This document shows, piece after piece, positions 25,084-36,788 of a DNA stretch of 64,000 bases. Below the pieces are notes generated by a model, which was not told the origin of the DNA, searched no databases, and saw nothing but the letters and a program-made list of their open reading frames with translations. Origin of the DNA: a virus; IMG/VR virus record IMGVR_UViG_3300005663_000045, positions 4,632 through 68,631 of that record; one strand, given 5' to 3'. The position numbers and the translations under genes are program-made. Positions within the stretch are counted from its first letter, which is position 1, and the number at the start of each line of letters is the position of its first letter.

Positions 25084-27546
25084 TCTACCGACCAAGAAAG
25101 ACCGCCCCACGACCTGTTGCCCAGTGCGAGCCCGACCCTGATGGATTCGTCAAGCCTTGGTGGTTGGCTGAATGGGTGACTTGTGAGTTTTTCAGGGACA
25201 AGGCGGGACGGCTGTACGCCCACGCCCACGGGCGGCGGGAGCAAACCAAGAAGCCGAAACACGAGGATCGCGCCCGCGAACGGGACGAAGACATCATCTC
25301 CACGTGGTACGAGGTAAGTGCGGCGTGAAAGTTTACCCAATAACCAGCGTAAGGGGCAAGCCGTGGACACGAAGCGATGCAGCGCGTGCGGGAAGCGATT
25401 TCCAGAAGAACAGATGGTACCCATCAGATGGACGCGGGGCGGAAACGCAGCGCACCTTTGTGCCGGGTGCAAGCGGCTGTGGCGAACCTACGGACGTGCG
25501 CCGCGGAAGCAAGGAAGGAAGCTGACATGTGCATGATAGTTGACGAAGCAGTCACCAAGAAAGTCCAAGCCCGGCTGAAGCGTGGAGGGGGAGTGGCTAG
25601 GTTTTGGAAGGTGTTTAGAGTAGAGCCTTGGGATAAGAGAACGCTTCGGGCAGTAGCTTTTCCGAACCGGAAGAATGGTAAAATAAACAGGCCGGGGCGC
25701 TATCGGTCTAGCCGTCAGAAGAAATCCTATCGGGCAACAACAATATATAGTGGCTACCACGTTTTTTACACTGAGGAGGCGGCTAACTCCTGGGCGGACA
25801 CTGGCTGGTTCAGAGAGACAATGAAAACTGTTCCTGTTTGGTGTCGCAAGGCAGATTTTGTAGTCGGCGGCCACTGGAAAGATCATCAAGCTTTTCAAGC
25901 CGTCTTCACCCATATCAAGATCAAGCCTAAAGACTTCGCCAAGGCTACGGGAGGTAAGGCATGACTGATACTCCAGAGATACTTTCGGTCAAGGCCGTTC
26001 TCGTTAGGCTTCATGGACGTGGCAGGGGCTTCAAGTACACCTGTCAGTTTACTGACGGGGAAGAGTGGATCGTAGGCCGGTTTCGCTTTCGATATTACTC
26101 CGATTCATATGAAACAACATGGAACGCTTGGGCAAGACATCCCGACGGAGAGGAACTGCTAATAGTCCATGGCTTTATCGGGCATGGCCAACCCTGGCTT
26201 CTTCATGGCGAGTGGAACGCAGAACTACAGGAAGTACTCCGTGAAATCAACGACGCTTGTTTTCTTGGTGAACAGAGAGAGAAACAGGAGCAAGACGAGA
26301 GAGATGTGAAGAAAGCTGTGGCTGCCGCCAAGAGCAAGGCCAAGTTCAATGCGTTCTTCAAGGCTACGGGAGGTAAGGTATGACTGACAAACTCACATTC
26401 GGCCCTGTGCGAATCGAAGAGGATATCCATGTTGAGGTCGAAGTTGCGCCTGGCTGGCTAGATGACAAAGACGACTGGGAAGCTTTGCGTCGTCGGGCCG
26501 AGATCGTTGCTAAAGAGATCAAACGGCATGTGGATGGATGGGCGTCTGTCGGCGTGCGGTCTAAATCCAAAGAAGTATGCCCATTTTGCTGCAACGACTG
26601 GGAGGTCGTGGAAGAAGGGGACGGATTCAACATGCCCCCAGGAACACCACTTTGTTGCGAGAAGGCACAAGAGGCTTTCAAGGCTACTGCTGAGGGAGCG
26701 AGCGGATGAAAGGCTTAACAGTAAAGAATGAATGTCCTCTATGTGGTGCAGCCCGATGTCCTGCATCAAATGAATGTGAGTGCGGGTCGGTGTTCCCAGA
26801 CTACGGGTTTGGCTTACTTGATGTGCCAATCTACGAGAGCAAGCAGTGTCTTCGTAATCAGCTTGAGCAGGCTACGGGAGCGAGCGGATGAACAATGATG
26901 ATTGGGAAGTAATAATGGCTGACCTCCGCCGCCAACTCTCACAGGCGACCAAGCGTGTAGAGGAACTGGAGGCTGTTGTAGATGGCTATCCCAAGATGGC
27001 AGATGGCCCAGTGATTACAAAGGGCGCTCAAGTGTTTCCAAGCATTTGTGCTGAGGATGAGAGAGGCGGAGAAGTTGTTGGGTTCGTGGTTCTTGTCCGC
27101 GACAACACCCCGCAGGATACCAAGGACGTTAAACTTCTAGAGCTAGACGAAGATGACGTAGTAGAAGCATGTTTCTCCACCCAAGCCGCAGCCGAGCAAG
27201 CCCGGAAGGAAGAATAATGAGCGAGCCAACAGGAACGAAACTCTTTGCCCCGGTGAGTGATGAGGGCGTACTCGAATACGTTGCCAGGGAGTGCCTGTGG
27301 GTAAGGGAGATCATGGATTCCGAGGGCGACCCCGACGTACCCGGCGGTACCCATCTCGTTAAGCGGGTCGAGCTTCATTTCGTGGACGGTAACATCGTCG
27401 ATTTAGCCATGTCTGAATACTGGGGTGAGGGACTTGCGTTGCCAACTGTAATGACCGGAATGAAGTGCGGGAGAGAGTTTCGCATGACACTACTGAGCGT
27501 CGATCGCGGGAGTAAGCGCGCGACGTACGAGATTGAGGTGCTTTGA
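25080..27546 (+). other. Cluster of small translationally coupled early hypothetical genes (25080-25328, 25527-25964, 25961-26383, 26380-26709, 26706-26891, 26888-27217, 27217-27546)
   Basis: ATGA overlaps, GGAGG/GGAG RBS, repeated junction sequences. Confidence 0.65.
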
Positions 27547-27696
27547 TAGCCGAACAGGGCGATGAAGACTACCACCGCAGAGCGGAAGAAGGACTGAGGA
27601 CATGAATGAGCCACTGACAAAAGAAGAAATACACGCGAGAGTATGGGCCAACCTTAATGTGCTTCTTGCTGCGATGAGGAAGTTAGGGGAGAAACC

Positions 27697-28173
27697 ATGA
27701 CTGACACCAAAGACGACGGCGGACCTGTAGACGGAACGCTGCTTCTGCTAGCGACGGGCGAAATTGCAACTGTCTCTGAAGCGGATATTGAAGTGGTGAA
27801 TCTTTATGCATGGCGACTTGGCTTGAATGGGTATGTCTACCGTGTTGGTGGGAGAAAGCGTGGGGAAGTCTGCCTATTGCATCGCTTTGTTATGAATGTT
27901 TGCAACGGCGAAGAGATCCATCACATCAATGGCAACAGATTGGATAACCGTCGGGAAAATCTAGAGATCACCACGCGGAGCGAGCATCAGCGACAGCATC
28001 ATTCTCATATTACATCTGCTCGCAACCGCTCAAACCGTATATATCCGCTTTCCAGACATTGCCTTGGGTGTGGGAAGTTGTTCCGTGTGCATCCAGACCA
28101 TCGGGGCCGCAACCGCTATTGTTCTCGGGATTGCGGGAACCGCAACAGAAGGAAGGTGTGCAATGTCAGCTAA
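27697..28173 (+). CDS. HNH homing endonuclease fused to the first ~10 codons of a host gene
   Basis: LHRFVM...EIHHINGNRLDNRRENL HNH_3 motif; C-terminal CLGC...YCSRDC Zn finger. Confidence 0.85.
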   Translation: MTDTKDDGGPVDGTLLLLATGEIATVSEADIEVVNLYAWRLGLNGYVYRVGGRKRGEVCLLHRFVMNVCNGEEIHHINGNRLDNRRENLEITTRSEHQRQHHSHITSARNRSNRIYPLSRHCLGCGKLFRVHPDHRGRNRYCSRDCGNRNRRKVCNVS

Positions 28174-28420
28174 TCCTGCGACAAGTGGCATGTCAGTACG
28201 CCAGCACTACAAGGCTATGGCGATGAATGCTTGGGTTGGTTTCTGTACAGACATGGCAATGTCGCATTCTGGTTCAATGTCTGAAGTACCTTACGACGAT
28301 ATAGTTGGCAAATCTTCTGCACTTGCCGACGCCATGCTGAAAGAAGACCAAGAGTTTGCGGCGATATGTGTTACGGCAAAGATATTACGGAAAAACCAGG
28401 AGAAGAACAATGGCGATTGA
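28163..28420 (+). CDS. C-terminal part of a small phage protein of the DGGPAFP...GMSLRDY...ADAML type
   Basis: GMSVRQHYKAMAM...ALADAMLKE; own ATG after GGAAGG. Confidence 0.6.
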   Translation: MSANPATSGMSVRQHYKAMAMNAWVGFCTDMAMSHSGSMSEVPYDDIVGKSSALADAMLKEDQEFAAICVTAKILRKNQEKNNGD

Positions 28421-29162
28421 ACCGCTGGATGGTTATGGGATGGATGTTGAACGGGGGTATCCCGACAACACCAAGATCGACCGCGTGCTTATAACCGAGC
28501 GGAACATGCTTGTGTTCATGGACAAGCTCAACGAACTCGTAAAAGTTGTGAATAAGATGCAGGCGATGATGAATAGCAAGTTGCCTTCTGGTGTCGAGCA
28601 TAACCTTCAGGAGCAACCCAATGACCCCAAATGACATACCAGATGTTGCAATGCCGTCTTGCGACAGCATTCCTGAATGGGCAATGGAAGCAGCGAGACT
28701 TATTGTAGAAGACTTGCTCGCCGGCAACCCTGACAAAGATTACGTACTTACGGTCCTCATTCGTAGATATGCCCGCATCATCGCCTCGCACGCACCCCAA
28801 ATAAACGAGCGGCTGCTGGAAGGATGCAAGCTTGGGCTAGGGCTGACTGAAAGTCTGGTATGGAATTTTAACGAAACAATACGGGTCATAAACAACTTGT
28901 TCCCTTTCGATAAGGAACCTGTTGGGCTAATATCAGAACCCCCGCTCGATTCTTTGAGAGCTGCTATCGCCGAAGCCGACTCCCACATTCCCCACTACGA
29001 CAAGCTCGTCAAGATCGCCCGGCTGGTGGTGGAGGGATGCGAAGAGGGAACGATTATTAGTGCACTTGATGCCGTAGATGCAGCTTACCAACTCGCCGTC
29101 CCCATCCTCGAAGACATAGACAAGTCCGCCGAAGCGGGAACCGCGAAGGAGGAAGAGAAGAA

Positions 29163-29696
29163 ATGAAACTCAAGCACAGAATCTTCCTTGGTATTCTAGC
29201 CGTAGTTATCTTAATAATCAGCCTGTCTGTATTCCTCAACAGTGTTTTTGAACTTATAGATTATTTGAATACACCAGAAGCGGCGCGCGGGTCATCCGTC
29301 CCAAATACTAATTTGATACTAACTGATACCAATTTAGTATCTGTTAATCACCAGAACATTAGAGCACAATCAGACGTTCCCACCTTGGCAACAATTGAGA
29401 CCGCGATTCCCTATTACTGGTGGAGAGAATCACGCTGCGGGCAGGACCCTAATTCCAAGCCGGGAATCGTAGGGCCTGCTGGTGAACAGGGAGGATATCA
29501 GGTTACCCCCGGATTTATCCAATTTGTTTGGGACACATGGGGTTATGCAATCAATCCTCTCGACAATCGGTCCTGCATCATCGGGATAACACTGTGGCTG
29601 TCTCGCTACGCACAGAAGGCGGGCGTGAGAACGCTTGAGGAATACTATGACCTCTACCGCCTGGGCTACAAGGGCTACATGAGGACATTGAGATAA
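29163..29696 (+). CDS. Membrane-anchored lysozyme-superfamily protein
   Basis: N-terminal TM; RES.CG...G..GE.G.YQ.T..F catalytic-type motif. Confidence 0.55.
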   Translation: MKLKHRIFLGILAVVILIISLSVFLNSVFELIDYLNTPEAARGSSVPNTNLILTDTNLVSVNHQNIRAQSDVPTLATIETAIPYYWWRESRCGQDPNSKPGIVGPAGEQGGYQVTPGFIQFVWDTWGYAINPLDNRSCIIGITLWLSRYAQKAGVRTLEEYYDLYRLGYKGYMRTLR

Positions 29697-30266
29697 CCCC
29701 GCAGATCATGGTAGCTGCACTTGAGGACTGAACCAATGGCGAAAGCAAAGACAGTACCAACGAAACCGGAGTGGGCAGAGGCAGCAGCAGCATTAAAGGA
29801 AGCTGTCAAAGAAAAGGAAATAGACGCAGAAGCGGAATGGGTACTTTGTGGAAGTACAACCATTCGTGTTACTGATGGGTATCTTGAAATTTGCGATACG
29901 CTAACTGGTGAAGAATGCCGCGAACTCCGCGACATACTCAACTCCATGTATCCCAAGGATAAGGACTGAAACGATGAAAAAAATTACAGTAGTAAAAGCC
30001 AATGTTGCAAAACCAGTTCTTAAGATTAAGGCACTTACTGTCTATGAGATCTACGAGGAAAGTACTGGAGATTGGTTCTGCTATGGGCAGGAATACTCTT
30101 TGGCAAAGGCAAGGAGCGTAGCTAAGAGACTTGATGGCCCTACTGTTATTGTCAGTGCACATCTTCCAGCAGTAGAGATGTAACCAACACCCCAGCCCCC
30201 GCTGATGGTGGGCCTGTCTGCCTGTTCGGTAGGCTGAAGCTATTGAGTATAACTGAATATGGATAC

Positions 30267-31023
30267 ATGCTGGCGGGCGGCTCTAACTGGCATAGCTACC
30301 AGGTATCCGGGTTGGCGCGAACCGGCAGGCAGTGTCCGCTGGCCGTCAGTGCCCAGCACTGCTGCTGACCCCGCCGGCATTGATACAAGGACTCGTCTGC
30401 GGCGTGGTGTGAACACGCTCGAAGTGGGACAGGCCCAATACAGTGTTCGGTTCCCGCTCCGACGCTTGGGCATAGCAGGCAGCGGGTAATGGCCAATCCT
30501 GCCGGGCGAGTCCTTTTGAATGAATGGCCTCCTTATCCCGCGAAGTTCCAGCAATGCGGGCTCTGGTGGAAATAGGGAATGGCTGAAGGCAGCACAACCA
30601 ACCCGCATGGGATGTTGTTCTGATTGTGGCGATAGCCATAACCAACTTCAGCATTCGGAGGCCCCGGTACTACTGGCGGTGCTTTGTTGGGAATGCCCGG
30701 CGAGGAAGTAGCTACCACGCCAGTATAGGGTACGGGTGAGTAGGAATCTGACGCCGTGCGCAACGGTTGAACGAAAGCCCGTACCCGAACGATTATTTCT
30801 CCCCGTGCTGCATAGCCGTCATCGAATGGGCGGAACCTCGGGCCATTGGCGGTAACGCGCGATTTAGTACCTGGTCCGTCGCGCCGGGTGGGTGAAGCCC
30901 GGCCACGGGGAGCATATGCGGCGGTGGGCGACGAGCGAAAAGCCCTCTAGCTAGTTAGGCCGACTACTGGTTGGAGTCAGGAGTAACGTGCCTGAATGTA
31001 AGGTGCAAATCCTTCCCGTCGCA
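30267..31023 (+). ncRNA. Array of six closed-stem structured RNAs, at least two tRNA-like
   Basis: Closing stems at 30267/30380, 30387/30515, 30526/30663, 30728/30786, 30799/30912, 30918/31023; no credible CDS in ~850 bp. Confidence 0.6.
30918..31023 (+). ncRNA. tRNA-like RNA with 11-bp extended anticodon stem and long variable arm
   Basis: GCGGCGG/CCGTCGC acceptor plus A; GGC/GCC D-arm; CTCTAGCTAGT/ACTGGTTGGAG; TCAGG/CCTGA; AAGG-TGCAAAT-CCTT T-arm. Confidence 0.6.
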
Positions 31024-31058
31024 ATGAGTTTGGAACACTAACTTTAAGGAGATGTGAA

Positions 31059-31691
31059 ATGAACAAGGATTTGACAGACATTACATTGGTTGTGGACCGA
31101 AGTGGGTCTATGCAGTCCTGTTTAACTGAAGCACAAGGCGGGATCAATGCTTTCATTTCAGAGCAGAAAGAGGTTCCAGGCGAAGCGTTGCTGACCATTC
31201 TGGAATTCGATACCGCCTACGATTTCGTTTGTAGTGGGACGCCCATCAAGGATACTCCCGAATACAAGCTCGTTCCTCGTGGTATGACTGCGCTTCTAGA
31301 TGCGGTGGGTCGGGCAATCAATGAGACTGGAGAACGGCTTGGCAGAATGGACGACGAATCCCGTCCCGGGCTGGTCGTCATAGCAATCATCACAGACGGT
31401 CACGAGAATGCCAGCCATGAATTCACAAAGCAGCAAGTCAAGGTAATGGTGGATCGGCAAACCAACGATTACCAGTGGAAGTTTGTATTCCTTGGCGCAG
31501 ATGCGGGAGCGTTTGATGAAGCTGCTTCAATCGGAATCCATGCTGGAAGCACTGTAATGTATGCTCCAGACAAGAGCGATAAAGTATACGCTGCAACCTC
31601 TGCGAATGTCTCTATGGCCCGATGCGATATGGCGGCTGGAAGAACGGTGTGTATGGATTGGAGCGACGAGCAACGAGCAGAAGTTAAGTAA
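31059..31691 (+). CDS. vWA-domain protein
   Basis: VVDRSGSM MIDAS, PRGMTALLDA, IITDGHENAS, W.FVFLGA. Confidence 0.88.
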   Translation: MNKDLTDITLVVDRSGSMQSCLTEAQGGINAFISEQKEVPGEALLTILEFDTAYDFVCSGTPIKDTPEYKLVPRGMTALLDAVGRAINETGERLGRMDDESRPGLVVIAIITDGHENASHEFTKQQVKVMVDRQTNDYQWKFVFLGADAGAFDEAASIGIHAGSTVMYAPDKSDKVYAATSANVSMARCDMAAGRTVCMDWSDEQRAEVK

Positions 31692-32679
31692 ACCCCCACT
31701 CGTCGCGTGCGGACACGGGCGTGACGGGCTTAGAAAAACATCCATTCTTAGCGAATGGGTAAGGAAAAGATAGGATGCGAAATTTACTTAAGAGGAGCAT
31801 GAGATGAGCAAGACAGGAAAGGTGACAGTTGTTAAGAGTGCTGGAAGACCAGCTGAAACTATTTTTCAGCGATGGATACATGACGGATATTCTTGGAGTT
31901 TCGATAACGACTATACTTCTCTAAAAGGTGCACAACAACGCGCAACGCGCGAGCCGTATTGTGACTGCATCGTCAAAGTCGAACTTCCTGAAGTATTGCC
32001 CAAGAAATAACAGAGGCGTGGACGGTCCCGCCTCACTGCATCAGTATTGGTACGAAAGGAGCGCGTTGCTAAATGGGTTAAACCTTTATTAGTGAACTCA
32101 CGAAGTACCCCCGCTCATCCCAAGCTGGGCGGGGGAATTGAAACCAATCCTCCTTCGCTAAAGCTATGGCGGACGAGGCTGGAAACGGAAAGGATAAACG
32201 ATGCAAGAACTGGCTAAGGAAGTGCGAAGGGCGGTAGCTAATTGGCCCACAAGTCATGCGGAAGCTATTCTCTGCGCCGCTGACATCATAGCCAACCTGC
32301 CCGAAGAGCCTGGAGGGTATAGGTTGACAGGAGAGTATGGACCGTCAGAAGGAAGGCCCATACTTGATGGTAACGGCAAGTTAGTCCCTGAAGGATTACC
32401 CTACACAAGCTCGCATTACCTCATCCTCGAACCTGTAACCCCCAAGTTCAAGGCTGGGGATATTGTGTGTACTCAGAACATTCGACTTCGCATTGTTGAT
32501 AAAGAGGGAAATTTGTGCTGGGTGGACAATGGAGATGTCGCGCTGCGCAAGGACTCTATTAAGGGCGATTGGCACAAAGCCTCATGTAGTGAAAAAGAAT
32601 ATTACTTTTCTAAGTTCCCAGAATATGCAGCAAGAATGACGGCTCGGCTTGCCCGCGAGGTCTACTCTAAGGACAAACC

Positions 32680-33576
32680 ATGACTGAACAACGGGAAATC
32701 ATCGAATGCCCCGAACCGGGAATCTACTACGGGATCCCCGAGGAAACCTACCACGCCTGGGACGCATTCAGTAAGAGCAAGGTGGGCGAGCTAATCAAGA
32801 GCCCCGCGCACATGCAGGCGCGTCTACGAGAAGGGCTCGATACCGCCGCGGTCCGCTTGGGGAGTCTCACGGATACCGTTGTATTCGATCCTGACAAGTT
32901 ACTCGAACGATTCTCTATCCAGCCTTCAACCTACGTCGACGATAAGAAAGAGACAAAGCCTTGGAACATCAACGCCAAGAAGTGCAAGGAAATCCTCGCC
33001 CAACTGGAGGCCACGGGTAAGGGTAAGCCCATTTCCAACGCGATGTATCAGGCGGCAATGGCGCTCCGTGAGGCCGTCAAGCATCAACCGGCGGCGATGG
33101 GACTGCTCCAACACGGGCAATCGCAGGTGAGTATCGTCTGGGACGATCCTGATACCGGCGTTCGATGCAAGGCCCGCCTGGACTGGTACTGGCCCGCACA
33201 CAGTATCACCGACCTCAAGACGACGAAGGATGGCAGCCTTGAGGGATTCCCCCGTGAGATGAACAAGTACGGCTACCACATTCAGGCGGCGGTTTATACC
33301 GAGGCCGTCGCGGTCCACACGGGCAAGGATCTGCCGTTCTTCATCATCGCAGCTGAGAAGCCCGCGAGAAACCACGCTGTCGGTGTCTACCAGGTCGGTG
33401 AGGACTCGATCTTGGCCGGGCGGAACGTCTGGAAACGCGCCCTCTACAAGTACCGCGAATGCAAAGAGAACAATCACTGGCCGGGCTACAGCCCGTTTAT
33501 CGAGCCGATTGATATTCCAGACTGGGCAATACGCGCAGAACTGGGAGAGGAGATATCTAATGTCAGGGAATTCTAA
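32680..33576 (+). CDS. RecE/exonuclease VIII-like PD-(D/E)XK nuclease
   Basis: PGIYYGIP..TYH, FSKS, SPAH, CKARLD...ITDLKT, YHIQAAVY, WPGY. Confidence 0.88.
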   Translation: MTEQREIIECPEPGIYYGIPEETYHAWDAFSKSKVGELIKSPAHMQARLREGLDTAAVRLGSLTDTVVFDPDKLLERFSIQPSTYVDDKKETKPWNINAKKCKEILAQLEATGKGKPISNAMYQAAMALREAVKHQPAAMGLLQHGQSQVSIVWDDPDTGVRCKARLDWYWPAHSITDLKTTKDGSLEGFPREMNKYGYHIQAAVYTEAVAVHTGKDLPFFIIAAEKPARNHAVGVYQVGEDSILAGRNVWKRALYKYRECKENNHWPGYSPFIEPIDIPDWAIRAELGEEISNVREF

Positions 33577-34345
33577 TAATCCTGAAAACACCGAGATTGT
33601 GGTTGCTGAAGTAGCTACCGGCCTTGCCGTGGTAGGGACGCCTGAACAGATGGAAGCGAAGCTGGAAGATTTCGGCAAGCAGCGCGAGATCATCACAAAG
33701 TACGTCGAGGACAATCTGGTTGAGGGCAAAGACTACGGCCCCGCCTACGAAGGCAGCAAGAGGACGCTGCTCAAGCCCGGCGCGGAGAAGGTCTGCCGTC
33801 TGTTTAACACCCGCCCGACGTGGAAGCGTGATGATGAGACGTGGGAGATGCTTGGTTCGCCCGCTGGGGTGGTTTGTTACCTCTGTCACATCATCGACAA
33901 CGTGACCGGGAAGATCGTGGGTGAAGGTCGCGGTGCGGAGAGGGTGGGCAACAAGAAGCGTGACGCCAATAAGACCATCAAGATCGCTGAGAAATGCGCC
34001 TTGGTGGACGCAGCGCTCTACACCTTCTGCCTCTCGGAGATGTTCACGCAGGACGATGGGGGGCTAGGCAACGGTAATGGTGCGGCGTCCTTGGAGGATG
34101 AGAAGGTCACGCTAAAGGCCGAGGTCGCACATAAACGGGTGGGCTGCGAGTCCAGCCTGACCGATGCCGGGTTTATCCGTGTCGCGGCCAAGGTCGAACT
34201 GCACAAGGACCACATCGACACGCTAGGCGAATTGGCGCATATGCGGAAGGTCCTGATCGAAGATGCCGCCTACGACTGGGCGACTGGTGAACGAATCCCC
34301 GCGAACATCAACGGGTCTGATAGCGACAAATGGGAGCACGAGTGA
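33560..34345 (+). CDS. Probable single-strand annealing/recombination protein
   Basis: LVEGKDYG...LLKPGAEK...GEGRG...NKTIKIAEKCALVDA...FTQD; located between exonuclease and SSB. Confidence 0.6.
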   Translation: MSGNSNNPENTEIVVAEVATGLAVVGTPEQMEAKLEDFGKQREIITKYVEDNLVEGKDYGPAYEGSKRTLLKPGAEKVCRLFNTRPTWKRDDETWEMLGSPAGVVCYLCHIIDNVTGKIVGEGRGAERVGNKKRDANKTIKIAEKCALVDAALYTFCLSEMFTQDDGGLGNGNGAASLEDEKVTLKAEVAHKRVGCESSLTDAGFIRVAAKVELHKDHIDTLGELAHMRKVLIEDAAYDWATGERIPANINGSDSDKWEHE

Positions 34346-34346
34346 A

Positions 34347-34676
34347 ATGCCAGAATATGACAACGAGATGAAAGGCGTGTTGTTCAGGAACACGCAGAAG
34401 ACAACCGACAAACACCCAGATTATAAAGGCCAGTGCACTATCGGCGGGCGGAAGCTTTGGGTTGCGGGTTGGATCAATACTTCGCAACAAGATGGCAAGA
34501 AGTACATGGCGCTGAAATTCAGCGTACCCCAGGAGCAGGCCCAGCAGCCCGCGCCGCAACAACAATATCCGTCGCAGGGAATCGCACCGCCGCCTCAACA
34601 GGCAGCGCCACCGCCCGCCCCTCCGCAACAGCCATCAGTAGGTAAGAACTACCCGGATGATGACATTGGGTTCTGA
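34347..34676 (+). CDS. ssDNA-binding protein (DUF736-like)
   Basis: GVLFRN...HPDYKG...VAGW...KYMAL, Pro/Gln linker and acidic DDDIGF tail. Confidence 0.75.
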   Translation: MPEYDNEMKGVLFRNTQKTTDKHPDYKGQCTIGGRKLWVAGWINTSQQDGKKYMALKFSVPQEQAQQPAPQQQYPSQGIAPPPQQAAPPPAPPQQPSVGKNYPDDDIGF

Positions 34677-36373
34677 TCTGAGCAATCCGTGGACTGAAGG
34701 AGCTTCTAGGTGAGCGAACTATCTGACCTAGCAGAAACCGCCCTTGAGCGAATGACGCCTGAGCAGCGACAGCTTTATGAGGACATTGTTACTATTCGTG
34801 ATAGCTTTGGCTCAGTAGTAGACGTGAACGCTTTAGTGAGGGCGGTAAGGAAGGAGCTTCTAGGTGAGTGACGAACTAACGGATGCAACGCGAAGCGGAG
34901 CAGACGATAAAACCATCGCCCAGGCAATAGATGAGGACCTACCAAACGGGCAGGCAGGCTGGTGCTGGAAAAATAAACATTGCGGTGATCATACCATGTG
35001 GCATAGTCGCCGTGATTGCCTAGAATGCAAACGCATCCCCGACATCGGCGAGCACAACGTACTGAAGGTTATCGAGTGGTGGCGCAAGAAACATCAATGC
35101 GACCATAATGTTATTGATGACGTGAACCAGTGTTTTCAGGAACTTATGGGTGGGCATACTTCGTCAGTAGGCACCACGAACAACATCCTCTACACCATCG
35201 CCTCAGCGATAAGGGCAAGCAAATGAGCGCTATGGAATTAGCAGAACGACTTTGTGCTGCGATTGGCCTTGCTTTCATTATTATGGCCATCATTTGCGAT
35301 ACCCCATTACTAGAGGCACCAGAGATGAAACTTCCCCTCCTTTGGATTGGTTGCTCAATATTCATCTTAAACCCAATCATTCGCGTAATTCGAGCATGGA
35401 AAGAGGGAAGCAAATGAACGAAGACATACAAGCAGAAATAGATCGCCGGGACAAGCGGGATGAAGAATGGCATGAGAAACAGATGAAGGAGATGGGTAAA
35501 GGTTTGACATCAATACCGTGTGATCAACTGCAAGAGTTAATTGAAGATGTACAAAGACTCCAAGCCGAGAACGCGGAACTCAAAGCCAAGCTCGCAATAG
35601 AGAAGAACTGCCTCACTTGGATGACCAATGACGAACGTGTCGCAATGCAGCATGACCTAATGTACCGAGACACGCTTGTTGCGGACCTCAAAGAAGTTCT
35701 AGCGGACAAGCGAAGGCTTACTAAAGAGATTGCATCACTCGTACTTGGTGACGATTGCCCGGAATCCCCCTCCCTGTGTGATGTGGTTCATTACGTCCGG
35801 GATGCTCTCTCCACCGCCCGGCATGATGTAGGAATAAGCATGTGGCGAGGTATTGCAACGTGGATTGCTAGCCGGGGTACTCAAACGGGCCAATCTACTA
35901 CTGTCCAAGAAATTCTCGATGAACTCCGCCGCATGGCAGAGGAGAAACCATGAGCAAGAAGGGAATTCAGATAGCAGCAGACATCTTTGCAGGTATGCAA
36001 CAAGCGAGATATGAGCTTTTTGAGTTAGGTACCCAGGAACATGACAACCGAGATATCCTTCTCGCCCAAATGCTAGAGAAGGGGAAAGACGCCATGAAAT
36101 GGGACTTTTGCAAAATCACTACGAAGGAAACACCATGAGCAAGCGACTCAAACTAGGCCGAGATTACGATGGGTGGGCAATGAGATATCCAGAGGGTTAC
36201 TTAAAAATAAATTCTACGCAACCTAGTCAAGTCGAGTGCAGGTGGCATTGGTGCGGAAGCCGTCCTATGAGTAAGAAAGAATGGCGTCGTTGGCGCAGGC
36301 TAGGCTACCGCTGCGTCAGGGTCAAGCTGGTGGAGGTTGGCCCTCCGAAGCAGCAGCGAAGGATGGTGAAGTG

Positions 36374-36580
36374 ATGTGTAAGAAATGGGACGAAGCCGGT
36401 TATCCTCCACGCTGTTTAGGCGATGTTCGTACTCGCAATGCAAATATTGATAGACGGTGGCAATTGTGTGAAAGATGTGAGGGAACTGGGAATGAACTGT
36501 TCCTTTCCTATCGTATGTGTGCACAATGCCGCGGGACTGGACGAGCGCACCGCAAAGTTACCATTGAGGAACAACCATGA
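36374..36580 (+). CDS. DnaJ-type Zn-finger mini-protein
   Basis: CERCEGTG and CAQCRGTG. Confidence 0.55.
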   Translation: MCKKWDEAGYPPRCLGDVRTRNANIDRRWQLCERCEGTGNELFLSYRMCAQCRGTGRAHRKVTIEEQP

Positions 36581-36788
36581 GCTTCAAAGACATGACAGAC
36601 GATGAGGTGCGGAATGGATGAAGTGATTACATGCAAATGCGGCAATCAGGCTTGGGTAATTGGCGAAATGGGGGCAAGGTGTTCTCGCTGTAATTACTGG
36701 ATACCCTGCACCGACGGATTTTACCAAGAATGCCGTGAGCAGATGGAGCAAGACCCCCGGCTTACAAGGAAAAGACAAGGAAGTCACA

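Noticed and set aside
30728-30786. Possible hammerhead ribozyme (CTGAC...GAAA inside a closed stem)
   Set aside because: Core reads CTGACGC rather than CTGANGA and there is no properly placed UH cleavage site
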